NCBI GenBank assembly: GCA_965205015.1 | Contig: OZ242029.1 | Location: 224,001 to 288,000, forward strand | Length of the DNA stretch: 64,000 bases | Reading direction: 5' to 3' | DNA from: Candidatus Poribacteria bacterium | GTDB taxonomy: Bacteria; Poribacteria; WGA-4E; WGA-3G | In this document: positions 19,601 through 29,278 of the stretch, one piece after another | Position numbering within the stretch: the first letter of the stretch is position 1 | How the letters are laid out: each line of letters begins with the position of its first letter | The notes under the pieces: generated by a model | The model's input: only the letters and a program-made list of their open reading frames with translations | The model's database searches: none | Told to the model about the DNA's origin: nothing | Position numbers and translations under genes: made by a program

Positions 19601-19747
19601 AACTTTTCCAGTAATCGCCGCAGCAGCATCAAAGTTAACGGCTACCACCAAATACACAGCAACAAGTAAGAGAAACGGTCCTGTGGCGAAACTCGCAAGT
19701 TTCTGAAACGTGCCGCTAAAAGTTTTTAAGATACTATTTTTCTTCAA
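16682..19747 (-). CDS. TonB-dependent receptor with N-terminal carboxypeptidase-regulatory-like domain
   Basis: GKVSGVI...IPPGSYDVKV; plug HIRGGR...YLIDGIP...GGFNAEHG; APRLGISFP, GNPNLEPE; C-terminal Phe. Confidence 0.92.
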   Translation of the reverse strand: MKKNSILKTFSGTFQKLASFATGPFLLLVAVYLVVAVNFDAAAAITGKVSGVITAEATHTPLANVTVTLVGTSSTATTNSAGYYVMTNIPPGSYDVKVELTGYAAETVAGTRVIAGLTTTLDFALKSTTVQLEGITVTAVKPLIKRDVTQSTRIIESDDIEAMPRDTVNGILQTLPGVAVLNATGSTHIRGGRSMEIRYLIDGIPINNPISRSLGLSIGTNSLEQMEVITGGFNAEHGDAQSGIVNLITKVGTNKFSGRIRYRVGQWGTHHGDPLYGPWLDPDNGFRPVAIEPFRGIFFGQPYDYQTPYRGQEVTVAELAEREGDEQVVFTEIFPGVYADRTENPLQPVIDPETGEPQVNADTGEPMMTRQPYRDADGTVIDYEKRQVTLLDGYVVDLEQYSGLFNDTKKYNLSPSHIGEFALSGPIWGNRLTFAASSQLSRNHSYFPNSNGTSYIFQGKLKFEVTPSIKLTASGLFNRGESHSYGGSFRFWPSAVPVSNSSARNTSVRLSHNINSGTFYTLTVGQFHRSGEAHQPGKVWDPLEKAFDENAWDPDKSFEQNQEEGRIRNPPQQAYNDTTYFVAGDSNSWGTSTATTSIARADFASQVTANHLIQTGVEFLGYDLYNLSTTNYGSSNLYMEYYDVQPQSLSMYLQDKMEYEGMIVNAGLRYDLYNPSGISPADPFDPLELNDDGTIKLDKSTYKVGLPIIKDPVEASTKHMIAPRLGISFPVTDRSKLHFTYGHYYQIPRGDDLYENLSFDMRGAIRRRGNPNLEPERTIAYEVGIIRQFTDDLTIDITGFTKDIDKLVNSVHVDITNDYSYFLNGEFDGMLHGIYGRVQGFELTIRKWRAGGSPVSGMLSYTYSVAKGKGSSRNLGYLTYYRQQPDVTESHPLAWDQRHVLSGLLDIQLPFDSSINLIGRYGSGLPYTPNPRAPVKPDINSKRYPPTYNVDALISKRSRVGGLTYTFFADIRNIFNTKNLDDLLDAVTYDRYGIPLDNQKHSHPLSWSSPRLIMMGVSLDF

Positions 19748-19835
19748 TTTGATAACTCCTTATCTGTTCTGAATGTTTCCAGACTAAATATATAAAATTT
19801 TGAGTGAGAAACCCAGCGTATAAATCGTTTGGGGT

Positions 19836-20600
19836 CTACAAAACATTCTCAATAAATCTGAGGCTTTTTAAGGTGCGTTCGGTATGATATTCAATGAAAT
19901 TGCCAAGCAGACGCTTAAGTTCCTGATGATTGCGGGTAGAGGCGCGGATTCGGTTGAACCGCTCCCATTCAGATTTCCGAAGCACTTTCAGTAATTCGCA
20001 ACTACCGAGTGCGATTGTAAAGGCAGCACCGTCTCGATTTTTGCACTCACCACACAGTACACCGCCGTATCGGACGCTGAAAGCGATGCCGAAGCCCTCT
20101 GTCGTTCCCCTTTTTACAGCTGAACCACACTGCACACACCGTGAAAGTTCCGGTCCATATCCCGCACAATCGAGAAACTTAATCTCAAACCCCCTGGCGA
20201 GCAAAGGAATATCATCCGCATGAACTAAAGCGTGGTAGGTGGTGTGGAGGAGATTGAAAATCTCAGGGCTGGCGATCCCTTCTGAGGCGATGCTATCTAC
20301 CAATTCAGCGAAATAGCACCCGTAGGTGATACGCGTGAAATCGGAACGGATCGCGTCAAACCCGTCAATCAGATTGAAGTCGGTGATGTTTTGCAATTCC
20401 CGATTTTCGCGATGCTGAAAGAGGAGTGTCCCGTGGTTGAGGAGTTCCAAACTTCCACTGAGGCGACTCTTTGGACTTTTCACGCCGTAAGCGACCGCTT
20501 TAATTTTCCCGAAGTCAGGCGTGTAGAAGGTAATAATTTTATGGAATTCTTGAAGGGGAAAGGTGCGAATGACAATCGCTTGGGTCTTTTGAGCTGCCAT
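19836..20600 (-). CDS. recO: DNA repair protein RecO
   Basis: QAIVIR...GKIKAVAYG..SPKSR; C4 zinc site CVQC...CGEC; LKSLRF. Confidence 0.92.
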   Translation of the reverse strand: MAAQKTQAIVIRTFPLQEFHKIITFYTPDFGKIKAVAYGVKSPKSRLSGSLELLNHGTLLFQHRENRELQNITDFNLIDGFDAIRSDFTRITYGCYFAELVDSIASEGIASPEIFNLLHTTYHALVHADDIPLLARGFEIKFLDCAGYGPELSRCVQCGSAVKRGTTEGFGIAFSVRYGGVLCGECKNRDGAAFTIALGSCELLKVLRKSEWERFNRIRASTRNHQELKRLLGNFIEYHTERTLKSLRFIENVL

Positions 20601-20642
20601 GGTTCCATGTGTGGTGAACGCGCGTTCACTGAGGGAATAAAA

Positions 20643-20717
<75 letters not shown>

Positions 20718-20729
20718 TTCTTATGTTTA

Positions 20730-20758
20730 ATTATACCGTGCCTGTCGGGCGTTGTCAA
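20730..20758 (-). promoter_or_regulatory. Consensus sigma70 promoter for tRNA-Pro/recO
   Basis: Exact TTGACA-N17-TATAAT on the minus strand. Confidence 0.85.
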
Positions 20759-20864
20759 ATTTTAATTTCAAACTTGTAACGTTCAGACAAACCCGATCCC
20801 CTTTGGAGACCAACACGGTTTAAAAAGTCACCTATGGAATGGACCCCCAATACTTCCCACGCGA

Positions 20865-22145
20865 CTAAGAGACATCGCCGGTGTGGATATCCGGCATCTG
20901 CAGGTGAATCCTACGGACGCGTCGTTCATCCGCCTCAAATATGGTAAAACGGATACCGCGGTAGGTAAATTGTGTTCCCCGTTCAGGCACACGTCCGAGA
21001 TGATCTACAACGAAGCCACCGATCGTATCAATGTTTTCCGCTTCAAGTTCTGTCCCGAGTCTTTCGTTCAACTCAATAAGATTCAGTCTCGCATCAATCG
21101 AATAGGTGTTGGCATCCATCTGAACGTAGTCATCCTGTTCGTCCATCTCGTCTTCATCGTGAATTTCGCCGACAATTTCTTCGATGATGTTTTCTAAGGT
21201 TACGATCCCGGCGGTGCCACCGTATTCGTCCACAACGATTGCGATGTGCTGCTTATGCGCCCGAAGCTCGCGGAAGAGTTCTGAAATATTCTTGCTCTCC
21301 GGTGTGAAAAATGGACTCCGACCAACAATCAACTCCCGCAGATTGATCGGTTTGCCTTCCTCCCAGTAATCCAACATATCTTTAACGTGCAAAATTCCGA
21401 TGATCCGGTCGATGGTTTCCTCATAGATTGGAATACGGGTATGTCGGCAGGCGATGGTTGTCTGTAAAACCTCGTCCGCAGGAGTGGTAACTTCAAGACA
21501 GATCATATCCGTCCGGGCAACCATGATTTCCCGAACAACTTTGTCCGGTAAGTCTAAAATCCGAGAGATCATTTCTCGGTCATCCGGTTCCAAGATTTCT
21601 TGGCTATCGGCGACGTTGTCGAGCGTCTCCAAAACCTCTGGGGATACGAGGCTGTCTTGCGCTGAGGTAACTTTACCTCCAAAGACACGGACAATAAGGT
21701 TGGCGAGAAAATTTAAGGGGATTAAGACTAAGAACCCACCCCAATAGATCGCACGGAGTACACTGAGGGCTCGAATCGTGGCTTCACCCGTGCTACCCTG
21801 GACATAATTTTTGGGGAATAACTCCGTAAAGACGACGAAACAGGCGACGGCGAGTGCCGCATTTGCCACAGGGTATTCCCAAAACGTCATAAATACCATA
21901 ACGCTCACCACTATCAGAATCGTTTTGGCAGTGATAAGGGTCAACGAATAGCGGCGTGGGTTGCGTAACAGGGAGGTCAGTAGTTCGTAGCGTTTGCCTC
22001 CCTCCTCGGCAAACCTGAGAATATCATCTCGCGTTAACCGAGCAAGTAACGCTTCGGCAGCTGAAAACAGCGCATTGAGAATTAAAAGTATGCCTAAGCT
22101 AACAAGTTTGATGACTAAGTCTAGGTCGTCCAAACGTAAAATCAC
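20865..22145 (-). CDS. Hemolysin-family CNNM/CBS/CorC protein
   Basis: ALFSAAEA, TELFPK, HTRIPIY, VVDEYGGTAGIVTLENIIEEIVGEI, DTIGGFV. Confidence 0.9.
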   Translation of the reverse strand: MILRLDDLDLVIKLVSLGILLILNALFSAAEALLARLTRDDILRFAEEGGKRYELLTSLLRNPRRYSLTLITAKTILIVVSVMVFMTFWEYPVANAALAVACFVVFTELFPKNYVQGSTGEATIRALSVLRAIYWGGFLVLIPLNFLANLIVRVFGGKVTSAQDSLVSPEVLETLDNVADSQEILEPDDREMISRILDLPDKVVREIMVARTDMICLEVTTPADEVLQTTIACRHTRIPIYEETIDRIIGILHVKDMLDYWEEGKPINLRELIVGRSPFFTPESKNISELFRELRAHKQHIAIVVDEYGGTAGIVTLENIIEEIVGEIHDEDEMDEQDDYVQMDANTYSIDARLNLIELNERLGTELEAENIDTIGGFVVDHLGRVPERGTQFTYRGIRFTIFEADERRVRRIHLQMPDIHTGDVS

Positions 22146-22206
22146 ACTCCTAATAACGGACCAATTTCGCGGTGTTCAGAAGACAACAGACAACACACTA
22201 CAGTGC

Positions 22207-22650
22207 CTACAAGAGACGAAAGATACTTTCCTGCTTTTCAAACATGGTCTTGGCTGCCTCTTTCGTTTGATGGTCGTAACCGAGTAGATGTAGCATGCCG
22301 TGGACTGTGAGCAATGCGGTTTCAGTTTCAAGGTTACCGCAAGCACCACTGAGTCCGTCCCTCGTCGATGCTTGTCGCGCCGCAGTTTCAAGGGACACAA
22401 CGAGATCTCCGAGTAAACTTGGATTTATATCGCCATCTTCACCTTCACGCATTGAAAACGCTAATACATCTGTTGGTGCATCAATACCACGATACTCGCG
22501 GTTAAGTTGTCTTATGTCAATATCATCTGTCAAGAGGACGCTAACTTCACTCGGTTCTGCGTCATGCGCCTTTAACGTGGCACGCACCGCGTTGTAAACC
22601 ACTCCTATATCAAAAGTAGTATTGCGACTCGTATTGGTAACCCGAATCAA
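22207..22650 (-). CDS. ybeY: rRNA maturation endoribonuclease YbeY
   Basis: LNREYRGIDAPTDVLAF; HGMLHLLGYDH. Confidence 0.95.
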   Translation of the reverse strand: MIRVTNTSRNTTFDIGVVYNAVRATLKAHDAEPSEVSVLLTDDIDIRQLNREYRGIDAPTDVLAFSMREGEDGDINPSLLGDLVVSLETAARQASTRDGLSGACGNLETETALLTVHGMLHLLGYDHQTKEAAKTMFEKQESIFRLL

Positions 22651-22655
22651 AACGG

Positions 22656-23672
22656 TTATCCTTCTCTACTCGAGACATCCGATGGATCTATCCCGTTCCG
22701 TCTCGTATTGTGCGGCGATGCCTGCTCATAAGCCTCGACAATGCGTTGGACCAGTTCATGCCGCACGACATCAACCTTGGAAAAATAGATGAACTGGATT
22801 CCTTTTATACCCGAAAGTACCTCTTGTGCGTCCGCGAGTCCTGAGACCTTATGGTTCGGAAGATCCGTCTGCGTAATATCACCCGTAACGACCGCTTTTG
22901 AATCGAACCCGAGTCGGGTCAAAAACATCTTCATTTGCTCAATAGTGGCGTTTTGTGCTTCATCCAGGACGACAAACGAGTTATTGAGGGTCCTGCCTCG
23001 CATGAAAGCGATAGGCGCGACTTCAATAACATTTCGCTCAATATATTTGTCAAGAGCCTCTGGGGGCATCATGTCGTAAAGGGCATCGTATAACGGACGT
23101 AGATATGGATGGACTTTGTCTGCAATGTCACCCGGTAGGAAACCGAGCCGTTCACCGGCTTCAACGGCTGGACGTGTCAAAATAATACGACTCACCTGCC
23201 CGCTTTTGAGAGCGGAAACCGCCATTGCCATAGCGAGATACGTCTTTCCCGTTCCTGCCGGTCCGATGCCGAAGACCAAGTCGTTGTGCTTAATTGCCTC
23301 AACATAGCGTTTCTGCCCAGCAGTTTTGGGACGAATTACACCGCGTTTCGAGAAGACTGGAATCGACTCGGCTCCAGTTTCATCTAAAATATCTCGTTCA
23401 CCAGCACTCGACGCTCGAATTACATAGTTGACATCGGCTGCCTGAACGCGTTCTCCTTTCCGGATGCGGTGAAGTAGGGATTCGAGAACCGTTGTCACCC
23501 GGTTAACTTCAGTGATATCTTCACCAATGACAGCAAGACTGTCACTTTTCAAAACAACGCGAACATCAAATCCATCTTCAATAATTTTCAAGAAGGCATC
23601 GCTCTGCCCGAAGAGGGCTTGTACCTCAGCGTTGCTCTGTATGGGAACGCCCTTCGATTCTTGTTTTTGCAA
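22656..23672 (-). CDS. phoH: PhoH-family ATPase
   Basis: GPAGTGKT, RPAVEAGERLGFLPG, MRGRTL, DEAQN. Confidence 0.95.
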   Translation of the reverse strand: MQKQESKGVPIQSNAEVQALFGQSDAFLKIIEDGFDVRVVLKSDSLAVIGEDITEVNRVTTVLESLLHRIRKGERVQAADVNYVIRASSAGERDILDETGAESIPVFSKRGVIRPKTAGQKRYVEAIKHNDLVFGIGPAGTGKTYLAMAMAVSALKSGQVSRIILTRPAVEAGERLGFLPGDIADKVHPYLRPLYDALYDMMPPEALDKYIERNVIEVAPIAFMRGRTLNNSFVVLDEAQNATIEQMKMFLTRLGFDSKAVVTGDITQTDLPNHKVSGLADAQEVLSGIKGIQFIYFSKVDVVRHELVQRIVEAYEQASPHNTRRNGIDPSDVSSREG

Positions 23673-23901
23673 TCGGATTCTAATCCTCCGGTTATTTAAA
23701 CGTGAAACCTATAGTTTCACATTGTGTGTTCTGTCTAACCTTAACGCAACTGCTAAAAAATGTCAAATTTCAGAAATTATACACAATCAGTTTCTCGATG
23801 GGTGAAGTTTCAATCAGCACCCGCAGAAATAACTTGTGAATAAATCCTATTGAGTTACTTTTATTTTACAAGATTCCCAAACAAAAGTCAAGCGGATTTT
23901 A

Positions 23902-24567
23902 TTATCTGCCATAGAATTTAATTTCTCGGATCGCAGCGCCCTTCAAAGGAATGTCAATTACTTCGTTACCCGCTCCGTCATCAAACCGCGTAGCATTCCG
24001 CCGGTCCTCCATAGCGTTTGCTGTCACGCGCAGGTAAAGCAGTTCCCTGCCGACTTGGAATTTGACCGGTTTTGTGCCCTCTACATCTTTATGCTGTTTG
24101 TCATGCACAGGTTTGAAGCCTGTACCGGATTGACCCAGGTGATAGGTTGAATCTTCCAATGTTGTGCTCAGCGCCAAATTGGGAATGCGCGACGCCGGAT
24201 AAACTTCAACGGTACTCACGTACATCGGTTTTTCCAGCTGAATCAAAATCTCGCATCGGATTGTTCCATCCAGCTCCGTTAGATACCGGTTTCTGAGGGA
24301 GAAGTACCCTGCGCCTCCCACAACACCGTGGCTCTTTTTCACGTCCCCTCGCACATCAAAAGTCCCGATTGTTTCCAAATTACCATCCACTATTTCGGGA
24401 TGGGTGTCGCAGGTCAGCCGTGAAGAGGCGATCTCCTCAATAGGCGTGTCCCGAAGCCAAGATAGACTTGATGGCAGCATTTCCGTTCCCGACTTCCCTT
24501 GAAGTCCTACACAACCAGCGATGCTGAACGATAGAAACAATAAAATGCTAAACGTCCATTTATTCAT
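23902..24567 (-). CDS. Hypothetical lipoprotein, tandem paralog of 24586..25185
   Basis: IAGC lipobox; shares SRLTC, VDGNLET, VEVYPASR and IPLKGAAIRE.KFY. Confidence 0.8.
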   Translation of the reverse strand: MNKWTFSILLFLSFSIAGCVGLQGKSGTEMLPSSLSWLRDTPIEEIASSRLTCDTHPEIVDGNLETIGTFDVRGDVKKSHGVVGGAGYFSLRNRYLTELDGTIRCEILIQLEKPMYVSTVEVYPASRIPNLALSTTLEDSTYHLGQSGTGFKPVHDKQHKDVEGTKPVKFQVGRELLYLRVTANAMEDRRNATRFDDGAGNEVIDIPLKGAAIREIKFYGR

Positions 24568-24585
24568 CTCCTTGCTCCTTTCCCG

Positions 24586-25185
24586 TTATGGGGTCTGACG
24601 AATGTAAAATTTGACTTCGCGAATGGCAGCACCTTTCAGTGGAATCTCAACACCTGAGTTTGCGGTCCGAGTGGAATTCTGTCTGTCCTCTATTCCATCT
24701 GCCCCAATTCGTAGATAAAGCACTTCCCGCTCAATGCGAAAACGCACCGGAGTCAACCCCTCTATGTCCTGATGCTGTTTATCGGACACTCGTTCAAAGG
24801 CGACATCAAAGCGTGGGGGATCATCGGTTGTCGTCATCATCGCGAAATTTGGGATCCGTCGCGATGCCGGATAGACCTCCACATACGAAATATAAGTCGG
24901 AGCATCCAGTTTGATAATCGCTTCCGTGCGACGTTGCCCTTCAACCTGCGTTATGTAACGCCGTTGTGCATAGGCGAGCCCGCGCCCCTGACCCTGGTGA
25001 AGTAGATACGCTTTTCGGACAAACCCCTTCACCTCGAATGTGCTCTCTGTCTCCAGATTACCATCTACAAATTCCGGGTTAGACTCACAAGTGAGACGCG
25101 ACGCTGCCATCTCACCAATGGGCTGATTCAGTGCAGCACACCCCGTAATGCCGATAAGCAAAACAAACAAACCGTAGATTCTCAT
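24586..25185 (-). CDS. Hypothetical lipoprotein
   Basis: MRIYGLFVLLIGITGC lipobox with GGGAGG RBS; paralog of the neighbour. Confidence 0.8.
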   Translation of the reverse strand: MRIYGLFVLLIGITGCAALNQPIGEMAASRLTCESNPEFVDGNLETESTFEVKGFVRKAYLLHQGQGRGLAYAQRRYITQVEGQRRTEAIIKLDAPTYISYVEVYPASRRIPNFAMMTTTDDPPRFDVAFERVSDKQHQDIEGLTPVRFRIEREVLYLRIGADGIEDRQNSTRTANSGVEIPLKGAAIREVKFYIRQTP

Positions 25186-25231
25186 TTTTTCCTCCCGTTG
25201 CATGTTTACGGCACACGGCGTGTGCCTCATA

Positions 25232-26275
25232 TTATATCGGGACGGCTACATTGAAACGTTCTGCGGCTTCAACGAGGCGATTCCAAGTCGGTGCCTCAAT
25301 CGGTATTCCCTCTTGCAGGCGTTTCTCGCGGCTCCGTTCCTCGAATTCTCCAGGTACATAGATTTCGTCAACACCGGGCAACCGAGCGGATGACTTCACC
25401 CACTCTACAAGATACGCAATCTCCTGTTCATAATCCGCTAAGTCGATGAAATCTTCAATTTTAATCGCAAACATCACAATGCCACTTGCGCCACGGGTCG
25501 GTTGTTCACGGCTACATCCCGCCCAAGAAAGTCCACCCGCGATGGCATCTATCATCACACCGAGACCAAAACCTTTGTGCCCGAACTGAAAACCTCCAAG
25601 CGGCATAACGGCAGTGTCCTGTGGGCGTTCACGAAACGCATTCGGATCCGTGAGCGGCTTCCCTTCGGCATCTATCATCCAGCCTTCCGGTATCGCTTCA
25701 CCGCGCGCCATCTGGACGAGCAATTTTCCGCCTGCGACGACACTGAGCGTCATATCAAGAAGAAGGGGTTCCCCGTCTTGACGCGGCACCGAGATCGCAA
25801 TCGGATTCGGTGGCAGTCGCCGCGAAGTACCACCGTGCGGGTGCATGAAGCGTCCACCGCCGTTGAGCAGAACGATCCCGATCATGCCCGCACGTGCCGC
25901 AATCGGTGGATATTCCCCCATCCGTCCTGCGTGTCCACACCGATGTAAACCGACCGCACCGATCGTGCAACTCTCTGCCTTTTCGATAGCCATCTCCATC
26001 GCCTTACGTGCGGCAACCATGCCGAGTGCCCCATTGGCGTTGATAACGGTGGCTGCACCGCTTTCCCTGACAATCTCCATCCTATCTGCCGCGGGACCGC
26101 CCTCCATCCCACCGATGTAGTTCGGTGCGTTGATGACACCGTGTGAATCGTGTCCGACGAGATTAGAATCGACAACGTGGTCACTGACGATACGTGCGTC
26201 CTCCTCCGTACCCCCAGCCCCGCGATATATGTCATACACAAACTTTCTCAAAACATCATGAGCTACAACTGGCAT
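25232..26275 (-). CDS. Ldh_2-family (malate/L-lactate/sulfolactate-type) oxidoreductase
   Basis: GHDSHGV, HAGRMGEY, NPIAI, LDM, GHKGFGL, PGE. Confidence 0.88.
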   Translation of the reverse strand: MPVVAHDVLRKFVYDIYRGAGGTEEDARIVSDHVVDSNLVGHDSHGVINAPNYIGGMEGGPAADRMEIVRESGAATVINANGALGMVAARKAMEMAIEKAESCTIGAVGLHRCGHAGRMGEYPPIAARAGMIGIVLLNGGGRFMHPHGGTSRRLPPNPIAISVPRQDGEPLLLDMTLSVVAGGKLLVQMARGEAIPEGWMIDAEGKPLTDPNAFRERPQDTAVMPLGGFQFGHKGFGLGVMIDAIAGGLSWAGCSREQPTRGASGIVMFAIKIEDFIDLADYEQEIAYLVEWVKSSARLPGVDEIYVPGEFEERSREKRLQEGIPIEAPTWNRLVEAAERFNVAVPI

Positions 26276-26347
26276 AAATGTCCTCCTTATTGAATTTAAA
26301 ATTTGGAAGATGGATACAAACACTTGGCATCTGGATTGGTGTCTCAC

Positions 26348-26944
26348 CTACAACTGATTCCTATCAAATTCAACACGCCTATAAATGTCCGGTAAGGACA
26401 AGGCACATTCAATTGAAACAAGCGAGAGGATATTTTCAAGCGAGCGAAATTCGGTGAGTTTCCACTCTGTTTCTTGCCGACGATAATGTTCAATATGCAC
26501 TTCGTCTTGTGAAACAAGGATGTATTCTTGTAGGGACGTAAGTTGCTGATAGCTCTTGAACTTCTCTCCTCGATCATACGCTTGGGTTGACGGAGAGAGG
26601 ACTTCTACTAAAACGATCGGGTTGAGAAGTGTATCAAAAGCGTTATCCGCAAAGCGAGGTTCACCACAGACGACAACGACATCCGGATAGAAGTAGGAGG
26701 TTTCAGGGTGAGTCCGCACGCGCATGTCGTTAGTGTGGACTTCACAGATGCCTCCTTTTAATTGAATATAAAGTTCTCCAGAGATGTTCGTTACAATGAG
26801 ACTATGTTCGCGACTTGCCCCGGACATAGCGATTATTTCCCCGCGCAAGTATTCATGTTTCGTATCGGACTTGCGTTCCCAATCGAGATATTCCTTGGGG
26901 GTTAGATAGGTTTGTACTGCGGCAGATGACATGGTAGCCTCCAT
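26348..26944 (-). CDS. Uma2 (DUF820) family endonuclease-fold protein
   Basis: KHEYLRGEIIAMSGAS, YPDVVVVC, EVLSPST..YDRGEK. Confidence 0.92.
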   Translation of the reverse strand: MEATMSSAAVQTYLTPKEYLDWERKSDTKHEYLRGEIIAMSGASREHSLIVTNISGELYIQLKGGICEVHTNDMRVRTHPETSYFYPDVVVVCGEPRFADNAFDTLLNPIVLVEVLSPSTQAYDRGEKFKSYQQLTSLQEYILVSQDEVHIEHYRRQETEWKLTEFRSLENILSLVSIECALSLPDIYRRVEFDRNQL

Positions 26945-27030
26945 AAAAACATCATGGCGCGTTTTTCAGAAATGCTTTTGTTAAAAGTGTAACCTCCGAT
27001 AGAAGAATTTTCAATGCTTCATATTATCTT

Positions 27031-27843
27031 TCACGCGTGGCGAAATCCTGCGTCCGTGCGATGCCAATTCTGCCCGTGGTCTGGATCGCGGAACTGGATA
27101 TTTCTGCCCAACAACTGCTTCAGCACATCGCTCTCACCCACCAACTCGGCATCGGTTAACTGCCGAGGCATATCTTCCTGCGGATAGATGACCGAACGGT
27201 TATACATACCCAGCAACCCAACGCGGGGTGTATCCGTCAGATTCGCCCGAGACTGATGCCAGATCGCACCGTTCGTGAACATGATAGAGCCTTTCGGCGC
27301 GACAGCGATGCACATCTCAAGCCCTTCTGCTTCCCCCAATTCCGGACGACGAAGCGTTTTGTGTGACTCCGGAATACACGCCGTTGCCCCGTTCTCTTCC
27401 GTAAAATCGTCTAACATCCACACCGTTTGTCCCGTCAGCGAACCGGATGGAAAGGGAGATTGCATCGCCCAATACGGATAGTCGATATGCCAACCGCCCG
27501 CGGGCGCGCCAGGTCCAACGATGTTCGCCGTAAACGTGGAAGCGATCACATCTTCACCGAGCATCCGTTTCCACACCGCCACCACGGTCGGGTGCTGGAT
27601 GAAATAACGGAAGATGGGTGATTTCCCAACGATTGCCCAGACGCGCCGGATTTTACCATCGCCGTAACTGTGGTCATACCCGTTGGCAATATCCTCTTCG
27701 ATTAATTTCCAGATGACCTCACGCGCTGCGTCTGCCTCTTCGTCGGTAATCACGTTCTCAATGACATGGAAACCGACTTCGCGCAGGTCCTGTTCGACAA
27801 GATCAAGCCTTTCTGAATCCAACGCAGATTTAATTTGTATCAT
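27031..27843 (-). CDS. Phytanoyl-CoA dioxygenase (PhyH) family 2OG-Fe(II) oxygenase
   Basis: WHID, LDDFTEENGAT..IPESH, WHQSRAN....R. Confidence 0.9.
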   Translation of the reverse strand: MIQIKSALDSERLDLVEQDLREVGFHVIENVITDEEADAAREVIWKLIEEDIANGYDHSYGDGKIRRVWAIVGKSPIFRYFIQHPTVVAVWKRMLGEDVIASTFTANIVGPGAPAGGWHIDYPYWAMQSPFPSGSLTGQTVWMLDDFTEENGATACIPESHKTLRRPELGEAEGLEMCIAVAPKGSIMFTNGAIWHQSRANLTDTPRVGLLGMYNRSVIYPQEDMPRQLTDAELVGESDVLKQLLGRNIQFRDPDHGQNWHRTDAGFRHA

Positions 27844-27857
27844 GTTGTACCTCTATA

Positions 27858-28850
27858 CTATCGAATACGCGGTAGATTGCGAACCGTCTCGATAATCTGA
27901 TCCTCCAGATCGTCGGCATCGCTATCTGGAACCAGATTGTGTTTGTCCATCCACGCGATGTTTTCGGCTACACTCTCTGTAACCGGAACTTGTGGCGTAA
28001 ATTCAGGTAATACTGCTGATAGTTTCTCGTGGCTAAAAATTTGGGTATGCCCAAAGTTGCCTCGCAAGCCACTGAACCGTTCAGGTGCCATTGCGATGAG
28101 CGTCTCTTGGGATACATGCACGATCTCCATGTCAACACCGAGCGCATCCGCCGCGGCACGGTGCCACTCGTCCCACGTCCGCGCGTGCGGATGGACGATG
28201 TTGTATATTTCACCGAAACAGTCAGATCTACCGAGTACCTCTGTAAACGCAATTCCAGCGTCGCGAGATGACAGGAATTGAAAATAGTTCAGTCCATCAC
28301 CCGCGGAGAGGATCGGTTTGCCCTTCCGCAACCGGTCAATCCAACTCCCATCTCCACCCACTTGCCGATGGAGATTCATGCCGGGACCGTGTGTATAGGA
28401 GGGCTTGAAAATGGTTACGGGGAACCCATCGCGTGCGTGAGTCTCTAAGAGGAGGTTATCCGCTTCAATTTTCCCCAGTCCATATCCCGATGTGCCTTGC
28501 AGCGGTGCCGTCTCAGGGAGATTGATCCCGCTGAAGGGCGGTCCGTAGGTCATCACCGTTGAGCAGTGAACGAAGTGTCCGACACGTCCCTGACATGCCC
28601 GCAGTGCGGAGGCAGCATCTTCGGCGTTGAAGCTAATCATATCAATGACGGCATCCCATTCCTCCGCGCCGACTTTCGCCTCAAAATCCTCACGATTCTT
28701 CCGGTCGCCGTGAATCACACGGACATCTGGCGGCGGTGGATCGGCGTGTTGTCCGCGGTTAAACAGGACGACTTCATGGTTTCGGTTTTGCAACGCCGCC
28801 ACAATCCCACGACTGATGTTGCCCGTGCCACCGATGACTAAGACTTTCAT
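27858..28850 (-). CDS. NAD-dependent epimerase/dehydratase family protein
   Basis: GGTGNIS Rossmann motif, YGLGK (YxxxK). Confidence 0.88.
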   Translation of the reverse strand: MKVLVIGGTGNISRGIVAALQNRNHEVVLFNRGQHADPPPPDVRVIHGDRKNREDFEAKVGAEEWDAVIDMISFNAEDAASALRACQGRVGHFVHCSTVMTYGPPFSGINLPETAPLQGTSGYGLGKIEADNLLLETHARDGFPVTIFKPSYTHGPGMNLHRQVGGDGSWIDRLRKGKPILSAGDGLNYFQFLSSRDAGIAFTEVLGRSDCFGEIYNIVHPHARTWDEWHRAAADALGVDMEIVHVSQETLIAMAPERFSGLRGNFGHTQIFSHEKLSAVLPEFTPQVPVTESVAENIAWMDKHNLVPDSDADDLEDQIIETVRNLPRIR

Positions 28851-28938
28851 TGATTATTTCCTTTCTCTATCAAGGCAATTTCTGCGGTTGTTAATCTGTG
28901 TTATTCTAAACATTCAGGTCTCCTCTGATGTTTGTTTG

Positions 28939-29259
28939 CTATCCAGAATTACCGTTTGTCTGCACTACAGTCTTGTTACGTTTGCGCCGCGAAAAGGAGA
29001 TACCGCCAAAACCGCTGATAATGGCGATATAAAATCCAAAATCGTAAGCCCATCCAGTATTGTTGGGTTCATAGAGGCGGATTTCTGGATTAAACAGCAA
29101 TCCCCATATCAGTGAGATTGGTGCGATCCATCCGTGCCAGATGCCCCAGAAGAAGCCAGCCGGTTTCTCAGCGGTGTGTTTCCCATCGCCAGGTATGCAT
29201 CCCACAAGAGTGATGAATCCTATCAATAACAGTAGGCAAATTAATTTTTGAATGCCCAT
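28939..29259 (-). CDS. Small membrane lipoprotein
   Basis: LVGC lipobox; AGFFWGIWHG, YEPNNTGWAYDFGF. Confidence 0.75.
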   Translation of the reverse strand: MGIQKLICLLLLIGFITLVGCIPGDGKHTAEKPAGFFWGIWHGWIAPISLIWGLLFNPEIRLYEPNNTGWAYDFGFYIAIISGFGGISFSRRKRNKTVVQTNGNSG

Positions 29260-29278
29260 TTCTCTACTCCATGCCCAT

